DNA from: Escherichia phage UoN_LG358_1
DNA: 64,000 nucleotides
Reading direction: 5' to 3' (one strand)
Sequence record: OK570374
Shown: positions 38,394 through 47,779 of the stretch, in pieces
How positions within the stretch are numbered: the stretch's first letter is position 1
How the letters are laid out: every line of letters starts with the position of its first letter
Translations under genes and position numbers: made by a program
Notes under the pieces: generated by a model
Told to the model about the DNA's origin: nothing
The model's database searches: none
The model's input: only the letters and a program-made list of their open reading frames with translations

Positions 38394-38960
38394 TCAAATC
38401 ATTAAGTACCAACCTTGATACTTACTTCTTTTGACAATTTTCTTGGTGTCTTCTGGGTCTCCAACGAACACTGGGGTAAACTCGAAGCTTCCAGTTAAAT
38501 TCTCTACCACATCTAATATAATTATACAGTCCGCAACTTGATGGTTCAGGAACGGCCCTAGATTAACCCCATACCCATAGGGAAAGTCGCCAGAGTATCC
38601 CGTAGTAACTGAAATCCACTTAGACTCTGATTGATGTGTTTTTACTTCAATGCGGAGACCACAGTATCTTGGATGCGCAAGTACATCCCATGCGAAGGTG
38701 TAAGGGTCATCATGATTTTCTTGACCATGCATTACATAACCATCAACCCATTCTGCGACGGCCTTTTCAGCTAATTGCGCTATCATGCACCTTTTAACCG
38801 CGGCCTCTTTATCTTGGCCTGGGTCTTTTGACATCGTGTAATTTACGGTGTCTTTTATTTTAACTCTATCTTCTGGAGTTAAATCATTCTTCCCGCGGAT
38901 AAATGTCGGCAGTTTCTTCAGTCTCAACAACCCCGGATTGTTCTTGTTCATTTTGCTCAC
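38394..38960 (-). CDS. denB: endonuclease IV-like protein (denB), positional
   Basis: 188 aa ORF between ndd and rIIB as in T4; identity not verified. Confidence 0.55.
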   Translation of the reverse strand: MSKMNKNNPGLLRLKKLPTFIRGKNDLTPEDRVKIKDTVNYTMSKDPGQDKEAAVKRCMIAQLAEKAVAEWVDGYVMHGQENHDDPYTFAWDVLAHPRYCGLRIEVKTHQSESKWISVTTGYSGDFPYGYGVNLGPFLNHQVADCIIILDVVENLTGSFEFTPVFVGDPEDTKKIVKRSKYQGWYLMI

Positions 38961-39210
38961 CTGTATAAACGTCTTTTACCCGAAGAATACCACAATAAAT
39001 TCGGTCATCAAAATTTAAACTTTCTTTGTTTGAGAGAGCAAATTGTATGTGTTCTTTACCAATAAAAACATCATCGCAAGTCAGTACACCATCAACATTA
39101 GGGTCAATCACCAAATCCAAAGCATATACATTTTGAGCTTTGTGATTGCCGTGCAATCGTGATTCATTAATTTTCGAATCAGAAACGTTAATCCAATTAA
39201 TCATAATCAT
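38884..39210 (-). CDS. hypothetical protein (108 aa)
   Basis: ORF downstream of rIIB terminator; overlaps denB start by 77 nt so one of the two starts is probably internal. Confidence 0.35.
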   Translation of the reverse strand: MIMINWINVSDSKINESRLHGNHKAQNVYALDLVIDPNVDGVLTCDDVFIGKEHIQFALSNKESLNFDDRIYCGILRVKDVYTGEQNEQEQSGVVETEETADIYPREE

Positions 39211-39214
39211 CTCT

Positions 39215-39239
39215 TAAAGAAAAAGGGACCGAAGTCCCT
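39215..39239 (-). terminator. intrinsic terminator after rIIB (GGGAC-UUCG-GUCCC + U5)
   Basis: hairpin with UUCG loop and U-tract in - strand sense. Confidence 0.6.
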
Positions 39240-39266
39240 TAGAATTAAATTAGCGATGCGACGGTA

Positions 39267-40175
39267 TTAGAACGTGCACCATTTGCTAGTTACATCTTCA
39301 ATTACTTGGTATTTACATGTACGCATTTTAGCATCGCCGTAATCAACCGGGATAGATACTACATCTCGCGGATGAACTTTAACTGAAACGATACGGTCAC
39401 TAGAACCACGGAAATAGCTAATATAACTCTTAGAGCAAACATGCAATCCAGCTGAACATGTACGTTCGTCATCTTCATCAACCTGGTTACGAGCCATTTC
39501 TACAGTAACCCCAGGGGAGTTATCAAAAGTGCGGCTATGGCAATCTTTGTAGTTTTCAGTAACAACTTTCCAAGCGATAAAATGGCCGTCATCAGTGATT
39601 TCAATATCGTTCGCAACCAAGAAATCAAACAGACGAGCTACAGCTTTGCGACTTGGGTTTTCCATCAAATTTTCAAGGAAAGGCATATAGAATTCGAAGT
39701 TCTCGCCCTGTTCCATGGATTTCAGGATACGCTCTGTGAGACCTGATTTAATTTCGATGTCTTTATAGAACAGACGGCCTTCGTCAATTTTAACATTACC
39801 TTTAACGTAAGAGGTCAAACCTTTTTCAGCGTTAACGATTTCCAATGCGCCTTCAATATCACCATCAATCAGGCGCTGCAGAGCAATTTTAAAACCGGGT
39901 AGTTTATCATCTGCCGGATAAGTTTTGTGAGTGCTCAAATCGGTAATTGAGATAAATTTATTAGAAGCGTTCCAGATATATTCTGGCGCAGCAACCGGAG
40001 TTTCAACTGCTTCAATTTCTTCTACTTTAGTTTCTTGAGCCATTTCTTTAACTACGCGGCGGATAGTATCTACTGAACAGTTGAAGTGCTTAGCAATCCA
40101 GTCTCGTTTGTAGCCTGAATCAACATAATCAACGATAGACAATTTCTGAGAACGAGTAAACATTTGTACGGCCAT
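39267..40175 (-). CDS. rIIB: rIIB protein
   Basis: 302 aa; ...IWNASNKFISIT...GENFEFYMPFLENLMENPSRKAVARLFDFLVANDIEIT...CSAGLHVCSKSYI...KVHPRDVVSIPVDYGDAKMRTC matches recalled T4 rIIB. Confidence 0.9.
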   Translation of the reverse strand: MAVQMFTRSQKLSIVDYVDSGYKRDWIAKHFNCSVDTIRRVVKEMAQETKVEEIEAVETPVAAPEYIWNASNKFISITDLSTHKTYPADDKLPGFKIALQRLIDGDIEGALEIVNAEKGLTSYVKGNVKIDEGRLFYKDIEIKSGLTERILKSMEQGENFEFYMPFLENLMENPSRKAVARLFDFLVANDIEITDDGHFIAWKVVTENYKDCHSRTFDNSPGVTVEMARNQVDEDDERTCSAGLHVCSKSYISYFRGSSDRIVSVKVHPRDVVSIPVDYGDAKMRTCKYQVIEDVTSKWCTF

Positions 40176-40184
40176 AATTACCTC

Positions 40185-42377
40185 TTAGATGGCGCCCTGG
40201 AGCGCCGCAATTTTCATGATGTCAGTGTAGTATTCTTCTCGAGAAATGTAGTATTCTTCAAGCATATACCAAATCACTGGGTATTTTTTAGCAAATTCGT
40301 CAGAAGCTTTATTAAAATCAGACTTTGACGATAAGATGAGTTTATTATAAATCTTATAACATAAAGCAATTTTTTTAGCAGCTTTTGACTGTTTCACTAC
40401 TGTGTTAATAGAGCGGCAATTTAATGCTTCAGCCATCTGGTTGAGAACTAAAGACTTTTCCCAGTTATCACCGGAGATAAAATTCTTCAGCAACGGATTA
40501 AGTGCCTTTATATTAATCATAGCATTGAAGCGTCTGATATTAAACAAATGCGGATGAATTAAATCATCAAGTACGTCGTCAATCAAATCTGCATAACTAT
40601 CAGCTAAAATATTAAAAACTGAAGTTAGAGAATTATTGTCTTTGACATATTTCATTGCGCTAGGACGAATAGTATAAAATTCTTTTATATCTGCCGCTTT
40701 ACATGCTTGTCTAATATTTTCAATGCTGTAACTCGTAGAGCATTCTGTTCTTAATTCAACAATGTCTTCTCGATTAATTCCAACTGCTAAACCTTCCAAT
40801 TCACGAACTTCATTTGCAGTTAAAAACAAATTAGTCGATTCCCAATGAAGTTCTGAATCCAATTTCCATAGATGAACATTCGGAGATTTTGGACGTTTAA
40901 CCGCATCTGAATTATCTGGCTTATTGATTTCAGCATCTTTGGCACGGGCTTGTTCCATATCAGAAGCTTTAAAAATAACTACTTCATCGCCTTCAAACAA
41001 CTTCTTGGCAAGTTCTACAACTTCTAAATGGTCTTCATTATTCGGGTCAATTAAAATAACTTGACAGCCTTTATGAATATTAAGGTAACTCATCCCACGA
41101 ATAGTGCTTGCTCTGCGGTTTGGCTTATCGTCAATCATAAAAACAATCTTTTTCTGATTAACATGAATTAAGCCAGATGCCGAATATCGATTACGCGTGC
41201 TCCATGAATTACTAATTTTGCGGCGTTCAGCCATATCGCCGACAAAGTAAGTATACATATTAGATGAATACATTTTATTTTCGAGAGCACGTTGGTCGAA
41301 ATAATCAAGCCATTCGCGGCAAGTTTTGCCTTGAATTTTTGATTGGCTATTACCAATAATAGCAAGAGACCTGCTGGAAAATTTCTTTAACTCACGGACC
41401 AGTTCTCGCTTATTGGTTATACTTTCAAGATGTTTGATATCGTCTCTTAGATTTGTTTCTTCGATTTTATTAATTTTATTGCGAATAGCTTCGATAGTTT
41501 CTTCATTGTAAGAAAGCTCTTCACGGCTAGGAGTAATATCAAGTTCACCTAATTCAAAATTAACATAAACTGTGTTATACTTATTATTCAACCATTCGCA
41601 TTTGATACCAGGAACTTCTTGAACCTTAATCGGATAAACAATTCGTCCATAAATCGCATATAAATTCGAATCAGTATCAAAATAAGAGCGTTGTTTATCA
41701 AACCACTGCTTTTCTGGAGTAAACTCTTCGAAATAATCAATATTGATATTAGCACCTTGAATTTCTGGTTCAACACCAGCAAATGTGCGCAAAGTACGAC
41801 GGACTTCATGATGCCACTTATCAATATCGTCAGTTTTTACCGGGACAGTAATTTCAATACCGGTGTATTCATCTTCTTCCATTGCTGTGTCAAACAGCGG
41901 AATAATTTCTGGGCCAGTATTTTTCATTATAGCGGTGTAACCGCGCTTACGGCCCTTATGACAAGAAACGACTGTAAAAGTTTTTGTATAGCTAAATGGA
42001 GATTTTGAGCCAAGACCCATTGCCCCGATGAAATCATTTGAGTCGGCTTTAGTTGAAGCAAAATAAGTATTATACAAGCCTGGAGCATCATCAGTTCCAC
42101 GAATTTGTTCATCGCTCATACCTGGGCCAAAATCGCGAATTACGAAGCGCGGGTCTATACGAGTAGGAACTTTAATAGTGAACGGACGAGTTTGACCATT
42201 CAGTTTATGAGCATCGAGACAGTTAGTAGATAATTCACGAACGATAGCGTAAATTTTATTGGTGTACAACTTGTCTGAAAGAACCATGAACGCTTTCATG
42301 TTGTTCTCAATGCCAAACTTACTTGCCTTTTGATTGGCTGAACCAAAAATCTGCTCTTCTTCTTGTTTAATAATCAT
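40185..42377 (-). CDS. rIIA: rIIA protein
   Basis: 730 aa; N-terminal GHKL-like ATPase region; adjacent to rIIB. Confidence 0.9.
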   Translation of the reverse strand: MIIKQEEEQIFGSANQKASKFGIENNMKAFMVLSDKLYTNKIYAIVRELSTNCLDAHKLNGQTRPFTIKVPTRIDPRFVIRDFGPGMSDEQIRGTDDAPGLYNTYFASTKADSNDFIGAMGLGSKSPFSYTKTFTVVSCHKGRKRGYTAIMKNTGPEIIPLFDTAMEEDEYTGIEITVPVKTDDIDKWHHEVRRTLRTFAGVEPEIQGANINIDYFEEFTPEKQWFDKQRSYFDTDSNLYAIYGRIVYPIKVQEVPGIKCEWLNNKYNTVYVNFELGELDITPSREELSYNEETIEAIRNKINKIEETNLRDDIKHLESITNKRELVRELKKFSSRSLAIIGNSQSKIQGKTCREWLDYFDQRALENKMYSSNMYTYFVGDMAERRKISNSWSTRNRYSASGLIHVNQKKIVFMIDDKPNRRASTIRGMSYLNIHKGCQVILIDPNNEDHLEVVELAKKLFEGDEVVIFKASDMEQARAKDAEINKPDNSDAVKRPKSPNVHLWKLDSELHWESTNLFLTANEVRELEGLAVGINREDIVELRTECSTSYSIENIRQACKAADIKEFYTIRPSAMKYVKDNNSLTSVFNILADSYADLIDDVLDDLIHPHLFNIRRFNAMINIKALNPLLKNFISGDNWEKSLVLNQMAEALNCRSINTVVKQSKAAKKIALCYKIYNKLILSSKSDFNKASDEFAKKYPVIWYMLEEYYISREEYYTDIMKIAALQGAI

Positions 42378-42399
42378 CTTTTTCTCTCATTCACTTAAA

Positions 42400-42603
42400 T
42401 TAATCTTGGTTACGCTTAATCAATTCTGCAACTTCTAGAAGTTCTTCTGCCGTTGCGGTGTTGTTTTGTATTTTAAACCGTATTTCCTTAAAGCGTTCTT
42501 TAAAATCTTCAGCTTCACTCATGTCAAAAAATCTTTGAATGATGCGGTACTCTTTATATACAGCGTCATCAAATAATACCATACAAACGTTAAAGCTTTT
42601 CAT
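42400..42603 (-). CDS. hypothetical protein (67 aa)
   Basis: ORF upstream of rIIA. Confidence 0.4.
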   Translation of the reverse strand: MKSFNVCMVLFDDAVYKEYRIIQRFFDMSEAEDFKERFKEIRFKIQNNTATAEELLEVAELIKRNQD

Positions 42604-42889
42604 TTCCTACCTCTCTGAGGATGGCTGCAAACTGGCTCATAGTGTGTTTTTCACGTACAGAGTAAACCAGCCTCAAAGCGGTTTGTTGTAGGTTCACCGG
42701 AATGATCTGGTTGTTTTCAACTAATACAGCAATATGTTCTATCATATTAGAGAATTTATTTAACCAGATTTCATCTGGTGTATTCTCTGTTTTATTCAGA
42801 AACATATCTTTACTATCTCTAATTGTTGCTGCTACGTTGTATAAATTAACATAACTTCCGTTAAGCATTTTCATAGCTGTAATCACCAT
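42590..42889 (-). CDS. hypothetical protein (99 aa)
   Basis: ORF. Confidence 0.4.
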   Translation of the reverse strand: MVITAMKMLNGSYVNLYNVAATIRDSKDMFLNKTENTPDEIWLNKFSNMIEHIAVLVENNQIIPVNLQQTALRLVYSVREKHTMSQFAAILREVGNEKL

Positions 42890-42890
42890 A

Positions 42891-42917
42891 CTAAAAAGGG
42901 ACTCCCGAAGGAGTCCC
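42891..42917 (-). terminator. intrinsic terminator (GGGACUCC-UUCG-GGAGUCCC + U-run)
   Basis: same hairpin sequence as at 2905-2924; U-tract in - strand sense. Confidence 0.55.
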
Positions 42918-43112
42918 TGTTATTACCATGTGGCTTTTGACACCATACCTGTAACTTTCTTCAAAGAGTTGTCCGGCTGACGAACACGAATAGTAGCTAT
43001 ATCGCCAGGGAGAGGAAGAGCATCTCCCCACATATAACCGAAACTTCCATCTACAAGCGTTACCCAGATTTGTGACATATACTCTCCTATACGGGCGGAA
43101 TGCCCGTATTAT

Positions 43113-43460
43113 TTATTCACTCATCCAGACCTTGCGAGGAGCCGCATCATTACCCATAACCATTTCAAAAAGTTCTTTCCAATTTGGCGGCAATGACACT
43201 ACGTCATAAACCGGTTGCTGAATAACTCGTTCATATTCATCTTCTTCCAAAGAACCAAGTCCTTTGATGTAACGAAGTTTCCATCCAGCAAGTTTATCTT
43301 TTTCAGCTTCATATTCGGCGGCATTGTAATACCATTTTTGTTCAGAGCCCTTTGACATAATAATCACTGGGGTTTTAACAAACCGAATACGTCCTTCTTC
43401 GAACAATTTCGGCCAATTAGCAAAGAACGCTAGCAGGCTTGGATAAATTGACCCTGTGCC
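43113..43460 (-). CDS. 60: gp60 (topoisomerase II subunit) distal coding segment, starting at landing codon GGC 43460..43458
   Basis: ...TGSIYPSLLAFFANWPKLFEEGRIRFVKTPVII...RYIKGLGSLEEDEYERVIQQPVYDVV...ELFEMVMGNDAAPRKVWMSE matches recalled T4 gp60 after the bypass; has no ATG, the track uses an in-gap TTG. Confidence 0.7.
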   Translation of the reverse strand, partial: GTGSIYPSLLAFFANWPKLFEEGRIRFVKTPVIIMSKGSEQKWYYNAAEYEAEKDKLAGWKLRYIKGLGSLEEDEYERVIQQPVYDVVSLPPNWKELFEMVMGNDAAPRKVWMSE

Positions 43461-43505
43461 AAATATCTCTATTGTGAGGTATATCAATGATTAGCCCGAA
43501 GGCTA
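43461..43505 (-). other. 60: untranslated coding gap of gene 60 (translational bypass), begins with UAG inside a UUCG-capped hairpin
   Basis: mRNA GAU GGU UAG CCUUCGGGCUAAUCAUUGAUAUACCUCACAAUAGAGAUAUUU GGC ACA GGG UCA; near-identical in layout to the T4 gene 60 gap as recalled. Confidence 0.6.
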
Positions 43506-43640
43506 ACCATCAACATCAGCATCAGTCATGATGGCAATGTTTTTATAATTCAAAGAAGAAGTTGATGTACGACGTACAATTGTCTGGGCTTTATATGATT
43601 TCATATCAATTTCAGTTTCTTTAACTTTAGCAAATTTCAT
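43506..43640 (-). CDS. 60: gp60 proximal coding segment (45 codons, ends at take-off codon GGU)
   Basis: MKFAKVKETEIDMKSYKAQTIVRRTSTSSLNYKNIAIMTDADVDG then UAG; resembles recalled T4 gp60 N-terminus including the basic nascent-peptide signal. Confidence 0.65.
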
Positions 43641-44425
43641 TTAAAACCTCATAAAATTTTTCATCAGGAGTCCAACCGTTTTTAAACTGATTGAACGCGA
43701 TTTTGAACAGTTTCGTTTTGATAGTTATATTATTAACCGTTTTCCATTTAGCAATTCCGGTTTTCTTATAACTAACTGGGTCATAAACGTTAGCATACCA
43801 ATCATAAAGGGACGGAATCAACTTAACTGCGTCTGGATTGGTTTTAGATTTGTTATACCAAGGTTTAGATTTTTCAAGGGCGGCTGCTACTTTTGTAGCG
43901 TTTAACGTGTTACCAACTCCGCATAAACCAAGGTCCTTTATTAAAGGGTCGTCCGTTCTTAGTCTATAGGTTGTGTTATCTTTATCCTTGTAAACTCCGT
44001 ATCCTTTCACACCTTCAAATTTTCTTCCGTAATTTACGCCAACCCAATCTTCTTCAGTGTATTCGCCTTTCGTCAGTAATCGACATTCTCCAGTTTCTTT
44101 ATTTCTAAGTAAAATTTTGTCACGCATGAACTCAGCAGACCAATCTGAAATCATATTAACATAATTTTTCCTGGCTATTTCATAAAGTTTAGAACGAAAT
44201 ATTGTTCCAGAATTCATTATCCGGTTCAAAGCATAAGACATTTCTTTGTTTTTATGAATTTTAAACAATAACCAGTGCGCAATAAAATGTTCGCGATATG
44301 TCAATTTTACCAAATTATCTGAAGTATCTAATCCACCCATGCTTCTTGGAAGTATATGATGAATTTCTCCTTTAACCGGCGGAACCCTGGTTTTACCCCG
44401 GGAAATTAGTTTTTCTATAATTCAT
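43627..44425 (-). pseudogene. mobA-like HNH homing endonuclease, frameshifted
   Basis: ATG at 44425 (MNYRKTNFPG, stop) is +1 out of frame with the HNH body (…KTRVPPVKGEIHHILPRSMGGLDTSDNLV…); frames cross at a CCCGGGG run; the in-frame ORF of the track starts after the first His of the HNH motif. Confidence 0.55.
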
Positions 44426-45975
44426 ACTAAGTCTTTTACTTTTTTCCAGACGCCATCAATAAAAATTTCGTCATTGATATTAACTACAATATCTTCACCG
44501 GCAACATTTACAGTATACCATTGTTCGCCGGCTTCAACTTCCGTGAATGGGTCTTCACCAATGACTAACCCAGTAATTGCACAAATATCAAAGATTTCTT
44601 TGTTTTTCAAAGCATCACCTGCAGACATTCCCCAGGTGTTCATCACTTTACCACGTAATGGATAACCGCCATGAAGGGCACGGTCACGAGTATTAATTAG
44701 ATAACCAATAGCAGAATCACCTTCTGTTAAAAACAAAGTTGTTTCTACTTTATCATTACCATATTCGCCAGCTTTGATGTGTTTATGAACTTTAGCTTTG
44801 GCCGCCTTTTTCGCTGCTTTGGTTTCTGCTGCTTTCTCTGCCGCTAGTTTACGTGCTAATGCAGCTTCAATAATCGGCATTAAAATAGCATCAGATTTCA
44901 TAATCTGATTAGAAATTTTCTTTGCATCGAGATTTAAGTGAGATTTAATTTCGCCCCATGGACTTGTAAGACGCTCTTTGGTTTGCGAGTCAAAGCGCAA
45001 GTTACTCATATCTCGAATAAACATCAACACAGTAAAACACTCTTTAATACGAGCTTTGTTTACTTCAATTTTGTGTTTACGTTTAATAGCCGGAATTAAT
45101 TCATTAGCAATTTCGTCAATAACATAATCAATATGCGAACCGCCATTCTTTGTATGAATGTTGTTAACATAAGTCATTTGACGAAAACCATCTGGAGAAT
45201 TACCTATAGCCAAAGAATAATTTTCTTCATCAATAATGATAGCATTTTTATCATACTGCTTAGAATATTTTTTGAAATTACTATCAACTTTTTTATTGTT
45301 AAATTTAAATTCAATTTTTGGATAAACGACTGCCAATGTCTGTAAACGGTCCAACATAATATCAAAATAAACATCATCAAAATTGTTCATTTCGAAATGG
45401 CTAAAATCTGGAATAAATTCTACCTTAGTTCCTTTATAAGAGGATTTTTTGGATTTCCAAGAAACATTGTCAGAATTATTGCTACAAGAAACTGTTAATT
45501 CATTTTCTCCATCAGATGTTGTACCTTTAAACATAACAGAGAAAATATTAGTCAATGAAGAACCAACACCGTTTTGCCCGCCAGTTTTACGCTCTTCATC
45601 AGCTCCAAAGTTTCCGCCTGCCTTAGTTTTCGTCCATGCTGCTACTGGACCAGGAATTTCTTCACCTTCAGGAGTAGTAACCATAGCCTGTGGAATTCCA
45701 CGGCCATTATCTTCTACGGTCACTTTGCTTGTGGAAGAATCGATATTGACTGAAATTTTATTAGCAAATTTAAAACTTGTACGGATAGCTTCATCAACAG
45801 AGTTATCGATAATTTCATCAATAAGTTTGAGAACGCCAGCTACGTATTGTACCCGCTTAAATTCGCCAAAAACAAAACGCTCATGAAATTCGTTAGATAC
45901 ACTTCCGATGTACATTCCAGGACGCTTAAGAACGTGTTCCTTGTCAGAGAGCATTTGAATTTTATTTTCAATCAT
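44422..45975 (-). CDS. 39: DNA topoisomerase II large subunit gp39 (GyrB ATPase-like)
   Basis: 517 aa; GHKL ATPase motifs (EDNGRGIP, GGQNGVGSS); stop overlaps HNH ATG (ATGA). Confidence 0.9.
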   Translation of the reverse strand: MIENKIQMLSDKEHVLKRPGMYIGSVSNEFHERFVFGEFKRVQYVAGVLKLIDEIIDNSVDEAIRTSFKFANKISVNIDSSTSKVTVEDNGRGIPQAMVTTPEGEEIPGPVAAWTKTKAGGNFGADEERKTGGQNGVGSSLTNIFSVMFKGTTSDGENELTVSCSNNSDNVSWKSKKSSYKGTKVEFIPDFSHFEMNNFDDVYFDIMLDRLQTLAVVYPKIEFKFNNKKVDSNFKKYSKQYDKNAIIIDEENYSLAIGNSPDGFRQMTYVNNIHTKNGGSHIDYVIDEIANELIPAIKRKHKIEVNKARIKECFTVLMFIRDMSNLRFDSQTKERLTSPWGEIKSHLNLDAKKISNQIMKSDAILMPIIEAALARKLAAEKAAETKAAKKAAKAKVHKHIKAGEYGNDKVETTLFLTEGDSAIGYLINTRDRALHGGYPLRGKVMNTWGMSAGDALKNKEIFDICAITGLVIGEDPFTEVEAGEQWYTVNVAGEDIVVNINDEIFIDGVWKKVKDLV

Positions 45976-46014
45976 GTTATTATCCCAGTTTGAATTTGTC
46001 TGATAATTATATCA

Positions 46015-46380
46015 TCAATTTAATTTAGCAATTAATTCATCACGATATTTCATGAGATGATGAAGCGCCGGAGCCCCATATATAGGAGAACACAAACTTG
46101 AATTAGGTTTTTTACAAAATATGGTGTGAATAGCTTGCTCTTCACTTTCGTATGAAAACGTCAAAGTTTGGCTATACCGGTCATCATAATAGGCAGCATA
46201 ATTATTTTCTTCAATTACGATAAATTCTTGAACAACTTTATAATATTTTTGTAACCAGATGCACCGTCCGTTATCCAATTTAGTCGGGAACAATGCGAAT
46301 TTATATTTTCCAATCGCTCGTTCAACTAATCTAAGCTTGCTGGCGGCATTCTTTTGAATTGAAGATTTTCCAAATATCAT
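46015..46380 (-). CDS. hypothetical protein (121 aa)
   Basis: ORF. Confidence 0.4.
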   Translation of the reverse strand: MIFGKSSIQKNAASKLRLVERAIGKYKFALFPTKLDNGRCIWLQKYYKVVQEFIVIEENNYAAYYDDRYSQTLTFSYESEEQAIHTIFCKKPNSSLCSPIYGAPALHHLMKYRDELIAKLN

Positions 46381-46401
46381 AATATTTTTCTCACTTAGCT
46401 G

Positions 46402-46581
46402 TTAAGAATAATCGCGATTTTTGTATCCGTTGTAATGAACAGCGGGCGCAGCGGTTTCTCGGAACATTTTTCCTTCACAATTCAGAAATGAACATTCAAT
46501 TGGTTCATCACGTTCTGAGACCTTGCGCATCTTTTCTACCTTTTCACCGCAGGCTTCGCACGTGTAATCATAAATTGGCAT
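46402..46581 (-). CDS. small zinc-ribbon protein (about 59 aa)
   Basis: read from - strand: MPIYDYTCEACGEKVEKM...ECSFLNCEGKMF; CxxC...CxxC; below track cutoff. Confidence 0.35.
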   Translation of the reverse strand: MPIYDYTCEACGEKVEKMRKVSERDEPIECSFLNCEGKMFRETAAPAVHYNGYKNRDYS

Positions 46582-47036
46582 TATAGTAATCCTTTTAACA
46601 TTTCAATAGCCGCTTTGACTTGATTTTTATTAGTAATTGCTAAAGTGATATGAGGAATTTCATTTTCTTCTGAAGCTTCATATTCGTCATCGTTTGCTGC
46701 TAAATTAGGTGTTTCAAACTTAAAATATTTAGCTTCTTCACGCAGGATAAGGAAATATTCATCGCTGACTTTAGCATTCAAGTATCCAGGCAATCCATTG
46801 ACTGTATCTTGGTCACCAACCAGTACGCCATTACACATTATAGCTGCTTCGGCATTACCGGTCTCGGGATTGACATAAATTACTCTAAAAAATCCGCCGT
46901 TTTTCTCAATAAAGTCAATAATTTCCTCATTGTACTTATGAGCTTTAGCAAATCCAACGTAATCGCGGATTGAATACCATTTATCTTCTACAAATTCTTC
47001 TAAATTCTGTGTAGTCATTAGATAGTTTCCTTCCAA
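46581..47036 (-). CDS. hypothetical protein (151 aa)
   Basis: ORF. Confidence 0.45.
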   Translation of the reverse strand: MEGNYLMTTQNLEEFVEDKWYSIRDYVGFAKAHKYNEEIIDFIEKNGGFFRVIYVNPETGNAEAAIMCNGVLVGDQDTVNGLPGYLNAKVSDEYFLILREEAKYFKFETPNLAANDDEYEASEENEIPHITLAITNKNQVKAAIEMLKGLL

Positions 47037-47212
47037 TAAGAAGTTCCGTTTTCATTGATGTAACGAACTACCGCATAGATTGCACGGCTGTTTTCGTAAA
47101 CGTAGGCGTATGTGTGATGTTCTAGATGTCCTTGAACTTCTTTTTGCACAATAGTCAACTCTGGATTGAACAAGATATCTTCAAACTGCTCTTGTGTTAA
47201 AATGCGGTTCAT
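47018..47212 (-). CDS. hypothetical early protein (about 64 aa)
   Basis: start set at second ATG; first ATG is part of the conserved leader. Confidence 0.4.
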   Translation of the reverse strand: MNRILTQEQFEDILFNPELTIVQKEVQGHLEHHTYAYVYENSRAIYAVVRYINENGTSYWKETI

Positions 47213-47243
47213 TTTATTTTTCCTCATTTATTTTGATAGGGTT

Positions 47244-47273
47244 ATAGTATCATAACCCTCAAGGAAAGTAAAC
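47244..47273 (-). promoter_or_regulatory. T4-type early promoter (GTTTAC-N18-TACTAT)
   Basis: - strand GTTTAC 47273..47268, TACTAT 47249..47244. Confidence 0.6.
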
Positions 47274-47275
47274 GG

Positions 47276-47728
47276 TTAAACTTTTACGCTCAGAAAACGG
47301 GTTGAACGGATTACTGCTGGGATAACTAAATCCAAATCTTTAGTAGCCATTAAAGCGTATTCACCCTGATAAACCACGTTCGCAACTTCTTCGCCGTCAA
47401 TATCATAAACCAAGGTAACTAATCCACACTTACGGTCACAAATGTGACAGTCTCCCTGACCGCCGGAATGCTCGATTGCTGCATCTGCGTTTCGAATTCG
47501 TACAATATCGCCAATTTCAATAACACAACGCTGAGAAGCTTCTTTCGTATAAGTGTTGTTTTCAGACACATAGTAGTCTTTTACATAAATTGTGTTATTA
47601 GTTTTAACATCGCGCAGACGATATCCATCACGCTTTGAATGACCTAGAACAATACCAACACGACCAGCATTTTTACCACTAATTACACGAAGTTCAGTAC
47701 CTTTAACAAACATATTATCACCTTTCAA
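47276..47728 (-). CDS. hypothetical protein (150 aa)
   Basis: ORF. Confidence 0.45.
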   Translation of the reverse strand: MKGDNMFVKGTELRVISGKNAGRVGIVLGHSKRDGYRLRDVKTNNTIYVKDYYVSENNTYTKEASQRCVIEIGDIVRIRNADAAIEHSGGQGDCHICDRKCGLVTLVYDIDGEEVANVVYQGEYALMATKDLDLVIPAVIRSTRFLSVKV

Positions 47729-47779
47729 TTTTCAGTATCAGATTTGAGAAATTATTTTATATCAAAATATTTAAAGTTG

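Noticed and set aside
43458-43487. TTG at 43487 as the true start of the distal gene 60 ORF
   Set aside because: No SD upstream, TTG lies inside the bypass gap, and the upstream 45-codon segment ending at a UAG-containing hairpin fits the bypass model better
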